The notes beneath the pieces are model-generated. The model had not been told where the DNA came from and did not search any database. It saw nothing but the letters and a program-made list of their open reading frames with translations. Both the position numbers and the translations under genes were made by a program. A stretch of 38,365 nt of DNA from Nitrospirae bacterium GWC2_56_14 (GTDB lineage: Bacteria; Nitrospirota; UBA9217), in the NCBI GenBank assembly GCA_001803705.1, contig MHDY01000253.1, positions 1-38,365 on the forward strand, read 5' to 3'. This document shows positions 9,029 to 17,847 of this stretch, one piece after another. Numbering within the stretch: position 1 is the stretch's first letter; each line of letters begins with the position of its first letter.

Positions 9029-9682
9029 CTATTTTTTTCCAAGCAAAACATAGAGGGCGCCGAGGCCGCCGTCGCACTGCCGTGCCGTGACAAAGGCAAT
9101 AAGGTCCTTCCGGTAGCGCCCCGCAAGCCGCTTGATGACCCCGGCCTTGATCTGCGGTCCGCGAACGGAACGAAGCCCCCGGCCGTGGATGATCTTCACG
9201 CAGCGCAGACCTTTTTTAAAGGACTCCTCCAGGAAGTGCGCAAGCTCCTCATCAGCCTCCGCAACAGAACAGCCATGCAGGTCGAGAAATGCCTGGATGG
9301 AGAAGCGCCCTGCATGCAGTTCCGGCAGGATCGTGTCGTGATACGCCGGGCTCACCCATTCTACATATTCCTGCGTGTCCGGCAGATGCATCGGCCGCTG
9401 TCCTGTGGCGATCTCGCCCAGCACCGTGAGCGTCTCACGGTCGGGGTCTCGGCGATCGATTGCCCGGTCCGGCTTCCGGTGATGTTGGTCGCAGGGAAGC
9501 GCCCTGAACGCCTCGATCTCCTGGACATCACGCATTTCGCTGCTGAAGAGCTCTTCGTCGGTGTATTCTTCTTTCTTCTTCCGACGCGGCTTTGCAGGAG
9601 GCGCAACCCTTGCCTGCTGCTCCAGCGCTTTACGGAGCTTTTCAAAAGGACGCGGGGAAAATATCGTCTTCTTGCTGCTCAT
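9029..9682 (-). CDS. Smr (small MutS-related) domain protein
   Basis: ORF 9029..9760, with the start set at ATG 9680-9682 (MSSKKTIF). The N-terminal linker is basic and disordered. The C-terminal Smr domain is LDLHGCSVAEADEELAHFLEES...VKIIHGRGLRS...GGLGALYVLL. Confidence 0.8.
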   Translation of the reverse strand: MSSKKTIFSPRPFEKLRKALEQQARVAPPAKPRRKKKEEYTDEELFSSEMRDVQEIEAFRALPCDQHHRKPDRAIDRRDPDRETLTVLGEIATGQRPMHLPDTQEYVEWVSPAYHDTILPELHAGRFSIQAFLDLHGCSVAEADEELAHFLEESFKKGLRCVKIIHGRGLRSVRGPQIKAGVIKRLAGRYRKDLIAFVTARQCDGGLGALYVLLGKK

Positions 9683-9721
9683 GGTAAAGTATAACCGATT
9701 TGGACGTTGCAGTTCTATATG

Positions 9722-9751
9722 AAAAAACCCATGCTGAATAGTCAGCATGGG
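9722..9751 (-). terminator. intrinsic terminator downstream of rnpB
   Basis: Perfect 10-bp stem cccatgctga (9728-9737) / tcagcatggg (9742-9751) with a 4-nt loop. On the minus strand a run of 6 T (9727-9722) follows. It lies 20 nt after the 3' end of rnpB. Confidence 0.8.
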
Positions 9752-9770
9752 CGTGAACAAAAAAAGATCA

Positions 9771-10134
9771 GAGCGGGTCGTAAGCCGAGTTCTGTCCTCC
9801 CGGTTTCCCGGAAGTGGTGATCATTTATCTGGGCCTTCGATTGCTCGAAAGCACGAGCGATCTACCCGGAAGTCTCGGACGGGCCGTCCTTACCCCCTTA
9901 CGGGGGACGCTTCCCTATGTGACCTTGCTCCAGGCGGGGTTTTCCAAGCACTCCCGGTCGCCCGGGAATCTGGTGGGCTCTTACCCCACCGTTTCACCCT
10001 TACCCTTGCGGGCGGTCTTCTTTTCTGTGGCACTATCCATGGGGTCGCCCCCTGTCCCGTTTCGGGACCGCCTTGCCCTGCGGAGCTCGGACTTTCCTCC
10101 CTCCGTTGCCGGAGAGCGATCACCTCACCCGCTC
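9771..10134 (-). ncRNA. rnpB: RNase P RNA, bacterial type A
   Basis: The minus strand reads GAGCGGGUGAGG...GGAGGAAAGUCCGAGCUCC (P4 5' strand) ...GGGUAAGGGUGAAACGGUGGGGUAAGAGCCCACCAG...GGAGCAAGGUC...AGAUAAAUGAUCACC...ACAGAACUCGGCUUACGACCCGCUC. The P1 stem is closed by GAGCGGGU / ACCCGCUC. The ends are good to a few nt. Confidence 0.9.
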
Positions 10135-10154
10135 TGATTGTGAAAACATGACTG

Positions 10155-10253
10155 CAGGGTTCAGGGGCCGGGGTCCAGGGGCCAGGGTTTCAACAAGCAT
10201 GTATATATGCTTATCACCCGGTTTTTCTCTCCTGAACCCTGGCTACTGGACCC
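10155..10253. repeat. GC-rich structured element with competing helices, between the RNase H gene and rnpB
   Basis: Nested stem: gggtccag (10171-78) + gccagggtt (10181-89) pairs with aaccctggc (10235-43) + ctggaccc (10246-53). It encloses the near-palindrome aagcatgtatatatgctt (10195-10212). The alternative perfect 11-bp helix cagggttcagg (10155-65) / cctgaaccctg (10231-41) overlaps it. Confidence 0.7.
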
Positions 10254-10256
10254 TGA

Positions 10257-10661
10257 CTACTTTATTTTTTCGTCGATCGCCTTGTTGGCCAAAGCATCGG
10301 CGTCCTTGTTCCGCTCCCGCGGGATGTAGTGTATCTCCACGCACCCGATCCTGGCGATCAGTTCCTTGGCCCTTGCATGGAGCGGTTTCAGGCCCTCGTT
10401 CTTTACCTTGTATTGGCCGTTCAGCTGCTTGACCATCAGCTCCGAGTCCGCATAGAGCCTGACCTTTGAAGCGCCGAGCTGCACGGCTCGTTCAAGGCCG
10501 ATGATGGCGGCGGTATATTCCGCGATGTTGTTGGTGGTCGTTCCCAGATACCGCGCGATGCCTTCCAGGGGAAGGTCATGCTGCATGATGCTGATACCCG
10601 CACCGGACTCTCCGGGATTGTTCCGGGAGGCGCCGTCGGTAAAAATGGTCAGTTCTTTCAT
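10257..10661 (-). CDS. rnhA: RNase HI-family ribonuclease
   Basis: 134 aa. Type-1 RNase H catalytic pattern: IFTDGASRNNPG (Asp), NNIAEYTAAIIGLE (Glu), LYADSELMVKQL (Asp), RERNKDADALAN (Asp). It is the short form without a basic protrusion, so the symbol is tentative. Confidence 0.82.
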   Translation of the reverse strand: MKELTIFTDGASRNNPGESGAGISIMQHDLPLEGIARYLGTTTNNIAEYTAAIIGLERAVQLGASKVRLYADSELMVKQLNGQYKVKNEGLKPLHARAKELIARIGCVEIHYIPRERNKDADALANKAIDEKIK

Positions 10662-10695
10662 CGGAACCTTATCCAGCTGAAACCCTGGTTGCTGC

Positions 10696-11421
10696 TCAGG
10701 GGACCTTTGGTGCGATCGCTTCTTTGAAGTGCAGTATGCGGCCGCAGTTCGGACAGGTAATGATGCTCTCGTTCTTCTTGACGTTCACATACACCTGCGG
10801 AGGAATGCTCATGTAGCAGCCGGAACAGGACTCGCCGCGAGCTTCTGCAATGGCAATGCCTCCTTTGCTGACGATCAGCTTATGGTACTGGGTAAACACG
10901 GCAGGCTGAATACGCGCGATCATTTCCTGACGGGCCTGCTCCACCCCTTTCAGTTCCTGATCGATCTTCGCGACCTCGGCCTCTCCCTGTTTCTGCTCGG
11001 CCAGGATCGCAACCTCTTCTTCCCTCGCCCGCTGTTCGGCCGTCGTGATCCCTGCGGTGGCGGTATCGATCTTATCCATCAGAACCAGGATGTCGTCCTC
11101 TACTGCCTTATTCTCCTGCTCGAAGGTCTCGATCTCTTTGAGCAGCGCCTGATACTCCTTGTTGTTCTTGATCTCCGAGGTGCGGGCCTTCAGCTTCTCG
11201 ACCTTTTGCACACCCGCCTCCAGGTCCTTGTCCCGGTCCCGCTTGTTCTTCTGTGCCGTCAGAAGGCTTTCTTTCGCGGTCTCGAGATTCGCCTCATTTG
11301 CGGCCCGCTTTTTTTCGAGCCCTGCAAGGGCCTCGGGCAGGCGTTTTTTCTGTGCGAGAAGCGTTCTGATCCTTCCATCAATTTCCTGCAGCTGCACCAG
11401 CATCTTGAGCTGTTCGTCCAT
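10696..11421 (-). CDS. COG1579-type coiled-coil / C4 zinc-ribbon protein
   Basis: ORF 10696..11457, with the start set at ATG 11419-11421, which is preceded by GGAGG. The first 190 aa or so are coiled-coil-like. The C-terminal zinc ribbon is CSGCYMSIPPQ...CPNCGRIL. Confidence 0.8.
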   Translation of the reverse strand: MDEQLKMLVQLQEIDGRIRTLLAQKKRLPEALAGLEKKRAANEANLETAKESLLTAQKNKRDRDKDLEAGVQKVEKLKARTSEIKNNKEYQALLKEIETFEQENKAVEDDILVLMDKIDTATAGITTAEQRAREEEVAILAEQKQGEAEVAKIDQELKGVEQARQEMIARIQPAVFTQYHKLIVSKGGIAIAEARGESCSGCYMSIPPQVYVNVKKNESIITCPNCGRILHFKEAIAPKVP

Positions 11422-11430
11422 TACGCCTCC

Positions 11431-11455
11431 AAAATAAAAATGCGCCTCTCGGCGC
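11431..11455 (-). terminator. intrinsic terminator after tRNA(CAU), abutting the SD of the COG1579 gene
   Basis: On the minus strand: gcgcc-gaga-ggcgc (11455-11442), then ATTTTTATTTT (11441-11431), followed immediately by GGAGG (11430-11426) and ATG 11421. Confidence 0.6.
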
Positions 11456-11562
11456 ATTCTTGTGAACTGAGACCTACCGTGCGGTAAGCAGGCAGATACC
11501 CGTGTTAAACATCACTGTCGTAAAGATCCCCTGCATCTGCTGTACATCCTTCCTTCTGAGAG

Positions 11563-11638
11563 TGGTGGGCCCACCAGGACTCGAACCTGGGACCAACCGG
11601 TTATGAGCCGGTAGCTCTACCAACTGAGCTATGGGCCC
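11563..11638 (-). tRNA. tRNA with CAU anticodon (elongator Met, or Ile2 if lysidine-modified), encoded CCA
   Basis: The minus strand reads GGGCCCA TA GCTC AGTTGGTA GAGC T ACCGG CTCATAA CCGGT TGGTC CCAGG TTCGAGT CCTGG TGGGCCC A CCA, a 76-nt perfect cloverleaf. The G1-C72 pair excludes an initiator. C4-G69 and C5-G68 resemble E. coli tRNA-Ile2, so the identity is ambiguous. Confidence 0.93.
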
Positions 11639-11699
11639 TGCGGAAAAACTTGTTCCTGAATGAGGCCGGTGACCCGCAGGCGGTGTCACAACAGCGTGC

Positions 11700-11728
11700 A
11701 TCTTGCCACAACGCCTGCAAAATGTCAA
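11700..11728 (-). promoter_or_regulatory. sigma70-like promoter candidate for tRNA(CAU)
   Basis: On the minus strand: TTGACA (11728-11723), 17-nt spacer, CAAGAT (11705-11700). It lies about 55 nt upstream of the tRNA 5' end. Confidence 0.55.
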
Positions 11729-11765
11729 GGAAACGCCGAGAACCATCGATTAAAGTGGTCCGCAG

Positions 11766-13568
11766 CTATTCCATGAAGCTCTTCAACTGCTTGCTTCTGC
11801 TGGGGTGGCGCAGTTTCCGGAGGGCTTTCGCTTCGATCTGCCGGATGCGTTCGCGAGTCACGTCGAACTCCTGACCCACCTCTTCGAGCGTATGGTCCGT
11901 CTGCTCGCCGATGCCGAACCGCCAGCGGAGCACTTTCTCTTCCCGTTCGGTCAGCGTGTTCAGCACCTTGCGGACCTGCTGGTGCAGGTTCTTCCGGATG
12001 GCCGATTCGAGCGGCGAGGCCACCTTCTTGTCCTCGATGAAATCACCAAGGTGGCTGTCCTCTTCCTCGCCGATCGGCGTTTCCAGCGAGATGGGCTCCT
12101 TGGCGATCTTCATGATCTTGCGCACTTTTTCCACCGGCAGCTTCATGGTAGCAGCGATCTCTTCCGTGGAAGGCTCCCGCCCGAGGTCCTGCACCAGGCC
12201 GCGCGAGGTGCGGATAAGCTTGTTCATGGTCTCGATCATGTGCACCGGGATGCGGATCGTCCGCGCCTGGTCCGCGATGGCCCGCGTGATGGCCTGGCGG
12301 ATCCACCACGTGGCATAGGTGCTGAACTTGTACCCGCGCTGCCATTCGAACTTGTCAACGGCCTTCATGAGGCCGATGTTCCCTTCCTGGATCAGGTCCA
12401 GGAACTGGAGGCCCCGGTTGGTGTACTTTTTGGCAATGGAGACGACCAGCCGCAGGTTGGCCTCAACGAGCTCGCTCTTGGCGTACTTGGCGCGCTCTTC
12501 GGCGCGCTCGTAGGACCGGAGCGCCTTTTTCAGGTCCTCGGCAGGCACGCCGCATTCGGTCTCGACCTTCTTGATGCGCTTCACGGCATTGCGGTAGGTG
12601 CGCTCGACGGCCAGCAGGGCCTCCTGCCGCATCTCGAACCGCCGTGCGGCATTTTTCAGTTCACGCTCACCCTGACGCATCCGCTTGAAAGCTTCCTTCA
12701 GGTCGGTCAGGGACCGGCCGGTCTTGCGTTCGAGCCCGTGGATCTCGCGCTCTGACTGCAGGATCTCGCTCACGAGCTCCCGGAGCTTCATGACGACGCG
12801 GTCCGTCTGGCGGCAATGGATGTTCAGCGCTTCGAGCTTGTCGAAGAGGGCATACCGCGTGGTCTGGATCTTTTCCCGCAGGTCCTTCTTCTTCGCCTCG
12901 GTGCAGCGGCTGCTGGCCACGTGGTTCACGAGCGTGTTGAGGTCCTTGCTGTGCCGGTCGATCTCGCCGATCAGTTTGAGCACGCGGGCATGCACTTCTT
13001 CCTCGTTCTGCGTCTGGATCTCCTCCAGGTCGTCCTCACCGGCATGAACGACCTCATGGATGCTGATCTTTCCCTTGCGGAGCTTGTCGCCCAGGTCGTG
13101 CACATCCTGCAATGAAAAAGGAAGGCTGTACAGGATCTGGGAGGCTTCACGCTTTCCCTCTTCGATCCGCTTCGCGATCGAAACCTCGCCTTCCTTGGAC
13201 AGAAGGGGCACCGTGCCCATCTCCTTGAGGTAGAGACGGACCGGATCATCGGTTTTCCCTACGCCGACCTCGACCTCTTCCTCCTCGGCCTCTTCCTCGG
13301 CCGCATCGTCGAGGCTTGCCTCCTCGCCTTCAGCGCCCTCTTCCAGCTCATCCTCGGCCGGCTGACGCGTTTTGCTGTCGTGCCGCGTATCGGTTATGTC
13401 GATGTCGAGTTCGCCGTCCCCGAACAGCGAGATGATGCTGTCCAGCTGTTCCGTCGAAACGTCCTCCGGAGGGATCGCATCGCTCGCTTCCTCGTAAGGC
13501 ATGTAGCCCCGTTCGGCGTTTTTCGCTGCCGGCTTTTTCGTTTCCCCTGCCTTGCCCTTCTTTAACAT
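11766..13568 (-). CDS. rpoD: RNA polymerase primary sigma factor
   Basis: ORF 11766..13817. The start is set at ATG 13566-13568, preceded by AAGGAG, and this avoids overlap with dnaG. There is an acidic region 1.1. Conserved regions are [65 protein letters not shown] and [30 protein letters not shown]. Confidence 0.93.
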   Translation of the reverse strand: MLKKGKAGETKKPAAKNAERGYMPYEEASDAIPPEDVSTEQLDSIISLFGDGELDIDITDTRHDSKTRQPAEDELEEGAEGEEASLDDAAEEEAEEEEVEVGVGKTDDPVRLYLKEMGTVPLLSKEGEVSIAKRIEEGKREASQILYSLPFSLQDVHDLGDKLRKGKISIHEVVHAGEDDLEEIQTQNEEEVHARVLKLIGEIDRHSKDLNTLVNHVASSRCTEAKKKDLREKIQTTRYALFDKLEALNIHCRQTDRVVMKLRELVSEILQSEREIHGLERKTGRSLTDLKEAFKRMRQGERELKNAARRFEMRQEALLAVERTYRNAVKRIKKVETECGVPAEDLKKALRSYERAEERAKYAKSELVEANLRLVVSIAKKYTNRGLQFLDLIQEGNIGLMKAVDKFEWQRGYKFSTYATWWIRQAITRAIADQARTIRIPVHMIETMNKLIRTSRGLVQDLGREPSTEEIAATMKLPVEKVRKIMKIAKEPISLETPIGEEEDSHLGDFIEDKKVASPLESAIRKNLHQQVRKVLNTLTEREEKVLRWRFGIGEQTDHTLEEVGQEFDVTRERIRQIEAKALRKLRHPSRSKQLKSFME

Positions 13569-13633
13569 GCGCTGGTGCTCCTTTACGTGCTGCATCGAAT
13601 CTCTGTATCGCCAAGAGCGATAGAATTTGGTTT

Positions 13634-15436
13634 CTACTCCGTGCTCGTACCCGACTTGCCGGGGATTTTTCTTCCCGGCCTTCTGCTCAGCTCCTGCTGT
13701 TCTTCCGTGAGTCGTTTTATCGTTGCTATGTCGCCCCGTGCTTCTGCTTCCTGGATCGCCCTTATCAGCAACTTCATTTTCTTTTCCGGGTCCTTTTGCT
13801 TGATGACCTCGACACAATCTTGAAACGATTTCGCCGGGTCTTCATAGACCATATCGAGCACAGCATAGTGGGAGAGGAGGTTCTTCAGCTCTTCGTCCTC
13901 TTCCCGTAACAGGGCGCCGGTGTCCAGTTTACCCTGCTCGTCCAGCATCTTGAAGATCCGTTCCACAGCACGCTGGAACAGCGGGTCGGTAAAATCGCGC
14001 GGCTCGATCCGGTCCTTCAGGCTCCGCGCGATCCCCTCGTCCTTCAGGATCAAGTGGATCAGGATCTCCTCTGCCCGGGGCCGTCGCCGTCCCGCCGCCG
14101 GTGCGGCCGGAGCGGTTCCGCCGGCAGGCGCGAAGGGCAACTTCATGGTCTGCTTCGGCATCTCCTGCCGGAGAACGGTCTCGTCCAGATCGAGGATCTC
14201 CGCGGTCTTCTTGAGGTAGTGGTCCCGTTCGATCCCGCTCTGCAATCGGGAGATATACGAGAGCATCTCCTCCGCTTTTTCGATCTTCTCATCGATGCTG
14301 CGGCTGGGACTGCTCTTCACCACCTGCTCGACCACGAAGTCCATGAACTTGGCTGACTGGCGCAGCCGGGCGGCAAAGGCCTCCTGGCCCTGCTTCTGCA
14401 AAAACGTGTCCGGGTCGTCGCCGCCCGGCAGGGACACCACGTTCACTTTCATGCTGCTTGAGACAAAAAGATCGAACCCCCGGAGCGAGGCCTTTACGCC
14501 GGCCGGATCGGGGTCGAAGATCAATACGAGCTTGTCGGCGAACCTCCGCATCAGCCGGAGATGCCCGTCGGTAAGCGCTGTTCCCAGCGTTGCCACCGCG
14601 TTCCGTATGCCGTACTGGTGGCAGGCGATCGCATCCAGGTAGCCTTCAACGATGATGAAGTAGCCCTGCTTGCGGCCGTGGTCCTTGGCCATGTCCAGTC
14701 CGTACAGGACGTGGCTCTTGCTGTACAGCGCTGTTTCCGACGAGTTCAGATACTTTGGCAGCGAGTCGTCCATCACTCTGCCGCCAAAGGCGATCACCTG
14801 ACCGGTCATATCGCGGATCGGGAAAATGATCCTTCCGCGGAACCGGTCGTAGTATCCCTCTCCTTCGCTCCGCTTTACCACCAGCCCGGCCCGCTCCATC
14901 TGGCTAGGCGTGTAGTTCAAGTGTTTCAGGTGCTTCAGCAGGCCGTCCCATTCAGGCCGCACGTAGCCGAGCGCGAACTCCCTGATGATCGCATCGCTGA
15001 CGCCGCGTTTTCTGAGATACTCCCGCGCTGCGCTGCCGGCGGGGCCTTCCAGCTCTTTGCTGAAATACGCTGCTGCTTCGGCGACGATCTTGAGGAGCGT
15101 CTTTTTCTCGTCCTCGGTCCTTTTGTCCTGCCGATGGTCCCGGTTGTCCTGCGGCAGCGTGATGCCGGAGCGTGCCGCCAGGGTCTTGACCGCTTCAGGA
15201 AAATTCAGCCCTTCCTGCAGCTCCACAAACTTGAAAACGTCTCCGCCGACGCCGCATCCGAAACAATGAAAGATCTGCTTTTCCGTGTTCACGTTGAACG
15301 ACGGGGTTTTTTCCGAGTGAAAGGGGCAGAGCCCCAGCCAGTTCTTGCCCGTCTTCTTGAGCGCGACGTATCCTGAAATCAGGTCGTAGACATTGATGCT
15401 GTCCCGTACCCGCCGTATGACATCCTCGGAATACAT
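13634..15436 (-). CDS. dnaG: DNA primase
   Basis: 600 aa. The CHC2 zinc finger is [13 protein letters not shown]...[10 protein letters not shown], and a TOPRIM region is present ([20 protein letters not shown]). The ATG lies 1 nt after the mutS2 stop codon. Confidence 0.95.
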   Translation of the reverse strand: MYSEDVIRRVRDSINVYDLISGYVALKKTGKNWLGLCPFHSEKTPSFNVNTEKQIFHCFGCGVGGDVFKFVELQEGLNFPEAVKTLAARSGITLPQDNRDHRQDKRTEDEKKTLLKIVAEAAAYFSKELEGPAGSAAREYLRKRGVSDAIIREFALGYVRPEWDGLLKHLKHLNYTPSQMERAGLVVKRSEGEGYYDRFRGRIIFPIRDMTGQVIAFGGRVMDDSLPKYLNSSETALYSKSHVLYGLDMAKDHGRKQGYFIIVEGYLDAIACHQYGIRNAVATLGTALTDGHLRLMRRFADKLVLIFDPDPAGVKASLRGFDLFVSSSMKVNVVSLPGGDDPDTFLQKQGQEAFAARLRQSAKFMDFVVEQVVKSSPSRSIDEKIEKAEEMLSYISRLQSGIERDHYLKKTAEILDLDETVLRQEMPKQTMKLPFAPAGGTAPAAPAAGRRRPRAEEILIHLILKDEGIARSLKDRIEPRDFTDPLFQRAVERIFKMLDEQGKLDTGALLREEDEELKNLLSHYAVLDMVYEDPAKSFQDCVEVIKQKDPEKKMKLLIRAIQEAEARGDIATIKRLTEEQQELSRRPGRKIPGKSGTSTE

Positions 15437-15437
15437 C

Positions 15438-17822
15438 TTATTTCTTCAGCTCCACAACCGTGACGCCGGCGCCGCCTTCGGCCGGCTCGCCCGCCCGCGT
15501 TGCCGCGACCAGCGGGTGATGCTTCAAATAACCGGTCATGGCGGTCTTGAGCGCCCCGGTCCCCAGTCCATGGATGATCGTCACGATAGACAGGCCGCAA
15601 AGCCCCACCCGGTCAAGGTATCGATCGACCTCGGCCAGCGCCTCTTCCACGCGGAAACCGAGAAGGTTCAACCGGTCCGGCGCCTGCTCCAGCTCCTGAA
15701 GGTCCGTACTCCATCCCGGCGCTGCTGCAGACTTTCGTGACTTCCCTCGCCCGCCGGGTACCACCTCTTCCGCCGAGATCTTGAGCGTCTTCCCGTCGAG
15801 CTCGATCTCCAGAACGCCATGCTGCACGCTGAGGACCGTACCGCTCCTGGCAAGGCGGGGCACCTTGACCTGGTCGCCCGGTTGCACATCCAGCATGCTG
15901 CCGGAAGGAACCTGTCCCTGTTCAAGCTTCTCGGGCTCGAGCGTGCGTGCAAGGGACTCCATGTCCGAGCGAACAGTCTTAAGCCCGTCCTGCTCCTGAG
16001 CCCTCGCGTTCGATAGCTCCTTGAATTTCTGCCGCATCAACGCAAGGACTTCCCGGGCCTCCTGATGCGCCCTTGCCCTGACCGCGCGAACTTCTTCCTT
16101 TGTTGCCTGCAGTATGGCGACCGTCTCGCCCTGCTGCTGCCGGACCAATGCGAGCTCCCTGGCAAGGGTGTCCCGTTCGCTATCGAGCCGCTTCGTGTCC
16201 TGTTCAACCTGGCGCAACAGCGTTTCGAGCCGGGCGTCGTCCTCACTGAGCCGTGCACGGGCACGCTTGATAACGGCATCCGGTATGCCGAGCCGGGCCG
16301 CCATATCCAACCCGTAGCTTCTGCCCGGCCTTCCCGGCGTCAGGCGATAGGTGGGCTGCAAGGTCATTGGGTCGAACTCCATGGCCGCATTGACAGCACC
16401 GCCGGTCTCTGCTCCGAACAGCTTCAGGGCATTCTGGTGCGTCGTGATCATGGTGACGCATCCCCGTTCGATCAGGCTTTCGAGCACTGCCGCGCCGAGG
16501 CCGGCCCCCTCTGCCGGATCAGTTCCCGAACCGAGCTCGTCGAGCAGCACCAGGGAACGCTCGTCTGCCAGCCGAAGGATCTCGGCGATCTGGCTCACAT
16601 GGGACGAAAAGGTACTCAGGTTCTGCTCCAGGCTCTGCTCATCGCCGATATCGGCAAAGAAGGAGCCGAAGCAGGGAAGCTCGCTTCCCTCTCCTGCGGT
16701 AACGGGCAGGCCTGCCTGCGCCATGAGGCACAGAATGCCCGCGGTCTTCAGCACCGCGGTTTTTCCGCCGGCATTGGGACCGCTCAGGATCAGGACCCGC
16801 GCCTCCCTGTTGATCACAATGTCATTGGGCCTGATCGTGTCCGCACCGCCTGCGGTTTTCGCTTTCCAGAGAAGCAGCGGATGCCGCGCGGAACGAAGCC
16901 GGACATCGCCTTGCATTGACAATGCCGGCACTGCTGCCCCGTATTCGATGCCGAAGCGTGCGCGGGCAGCGATCGCATCGATCGCCGCAAGCGCGCCGGT
17001 CATGGCCTCGATCCGCTCAACCTCCTGCGCAAGCATGCCGCTCAGTTCCCGGAGGATGCGCTCCACCTCTTCGCGTTCTTCCATGCGAAGTTCGGCGAGG
17101 CGGTTGTTCTGTTCCAGCACTTCAAGGGGCTCGACAAAGAGCGTGGACCGCGAGCCTGATTGTCCGTGCACAACCCCCCGGATGCTCTGCCGGAAGTTCG
17201 GCCTGAGCGGGAGCACATAGCGGTCGTCCCGCATGGTGATCACCGGCTCCTGCACGACCTTCTGCAGGGACCCGTCCTGCAGGATGCCGGACAGGCTGCC
17301 CAGAATATCGTCGCGCATCCTGCTGATCTGTTTCCGCACCCTGCGGAGCGCGGGGCTGGCCGAATCTTTGACCTCCGCCTTTTCATCAATGGCGTTGGCG
17401 ACCGCGTCTTCCATCTGCGGCAGCGGCTGTATGACAGCGGCGCGGGCACGGAGCAGCGGAACGCCCTGACGCGCCAAAGTGCCCCTCTCCCCGATCCGTT
17501 CGAAAAAACCTTTGATCCGCCTGCCGGCGCCGAGCGTTTTCGCGATCTCCAGCAGCTCCAGCGGCGCCAGCGTCATACCGCTGATACGAAGTTTGTCGAC
17601 CGATGCTCCGATGTCCATGATCCCGTCAAGCGGCAGGTTCTCTCCGCTCATGAACAACAAGATGCCTTCCTGCGTTTCCTGAAGCAGCTCTGCCACAACA
17701 GGCGGTGACAGCGCAGGCAGCAGCTTTGAAACAGCGGCCCGGCCGGGCTCCGATGCGGCAAAGCCGGCCACCAGGCTTCGCACCTTGTCATACTCCAGGA
17801 CCTTCAGGGTATGTTCGTTCAT
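15438..17822 (-). CDS. mutS2: endonuclease MutS2 (MutS domain + C-terminal Smr)
   Basis: ORF 15438..17924, with the start set at ATG 17820-17822 (MNEHTLKVLEYDK). The Walker A motif is LSGPNAGGKTAVLKT, followed by a long coiled region. The C-terminal Smr domain is LNLLGFRVEEALAEVDRYLD...IIHGLGTGALK. Confidence 0.93.
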   Translation of the reverse strand: MNEHTLKVLEYDKVRSLVAGFAASEPGRAAVSKLLPALSPPVVAELLQETQEGILLFMSGENLPLDGIMDIGASVDKLRISGMTLAPLELLEIAKTLGAGRRIKGFFERIGERGTLARQGVPLLRARAAVIQPLPQMEDAVANAIDEKAEVKDSASPALRRVRKQISRMRDDILGSLSGILQDGSLQKVVQEPVITMRDDRYVLPLRPNFRQSIRGVVHGQSGSRSTLFVEPLEVLEQNNRLAELRMEEREEVERILRELSGMLAQEVERIEAMTGALAAIDAIAARARFGIEYGAAVPALSMQGDVRLRSARHPLLLWKAKTAGGADTIRPNDIVINREARVLILSGPNAGGKTAVLKTAGILCLMAQAGLPVTAGEGSELPCFGSFFADIGDEQSLEQNLSTFSSHVSQIAEILRLADERSLVLLDELGSGTDPAEGAGLGAAVLESLIERGCVTMITTHQNALKLFGAETGGAVNAAMEFDPMTLQPTYRLTPGRPGRSYGLDMAARLGIPDAVIKRARARLSEDDARLETLLRQVEQDTKRLDSERDTLARELALVRQQQGETVAILQATKEEVRAVRARAHQEAREVLALMRQKFKELSNARAQEQDGLKTVRSDMESLARTLEPEKLEQGQVPSGSMLDVQPGDQVKVPRLARSGTVLSVQHGVLEIELDGKTLKISAEEVVPGGRGKSRKSAAAPGWSTDLQELEQAPDRLNLLGFRVEEALAEVDRYLDRVGLCGLSIVTIIHGLGTGALKTAMTGYLKHHPLVAATRAGEPAEGGAGVTVVELKK

Positions 17823-17847
17823 AAACCGTGACAACCAACGCGACCGA

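Noticed and set aside
6804-9053. A very long (749-aa) plus-strand ORF spanning the RAM gene, the radical SAM gene, an intergenic repeat region and the glycosylase gene. Similar long antisense ORFs occur at 25..1575(-), 5054..6712(+), 20492..21700(+), 29970..31556(-) and 11805..12755(+).
   Set aside because: Their translations are Arg/Ala/Gly/Pro/His-rich and low in complexity, with no recognisable motifs. Each lies exactly antisense to a gene with unmistakable family signatures. These are stop-codon-poor shadow frames typical of GC-rich DNA.
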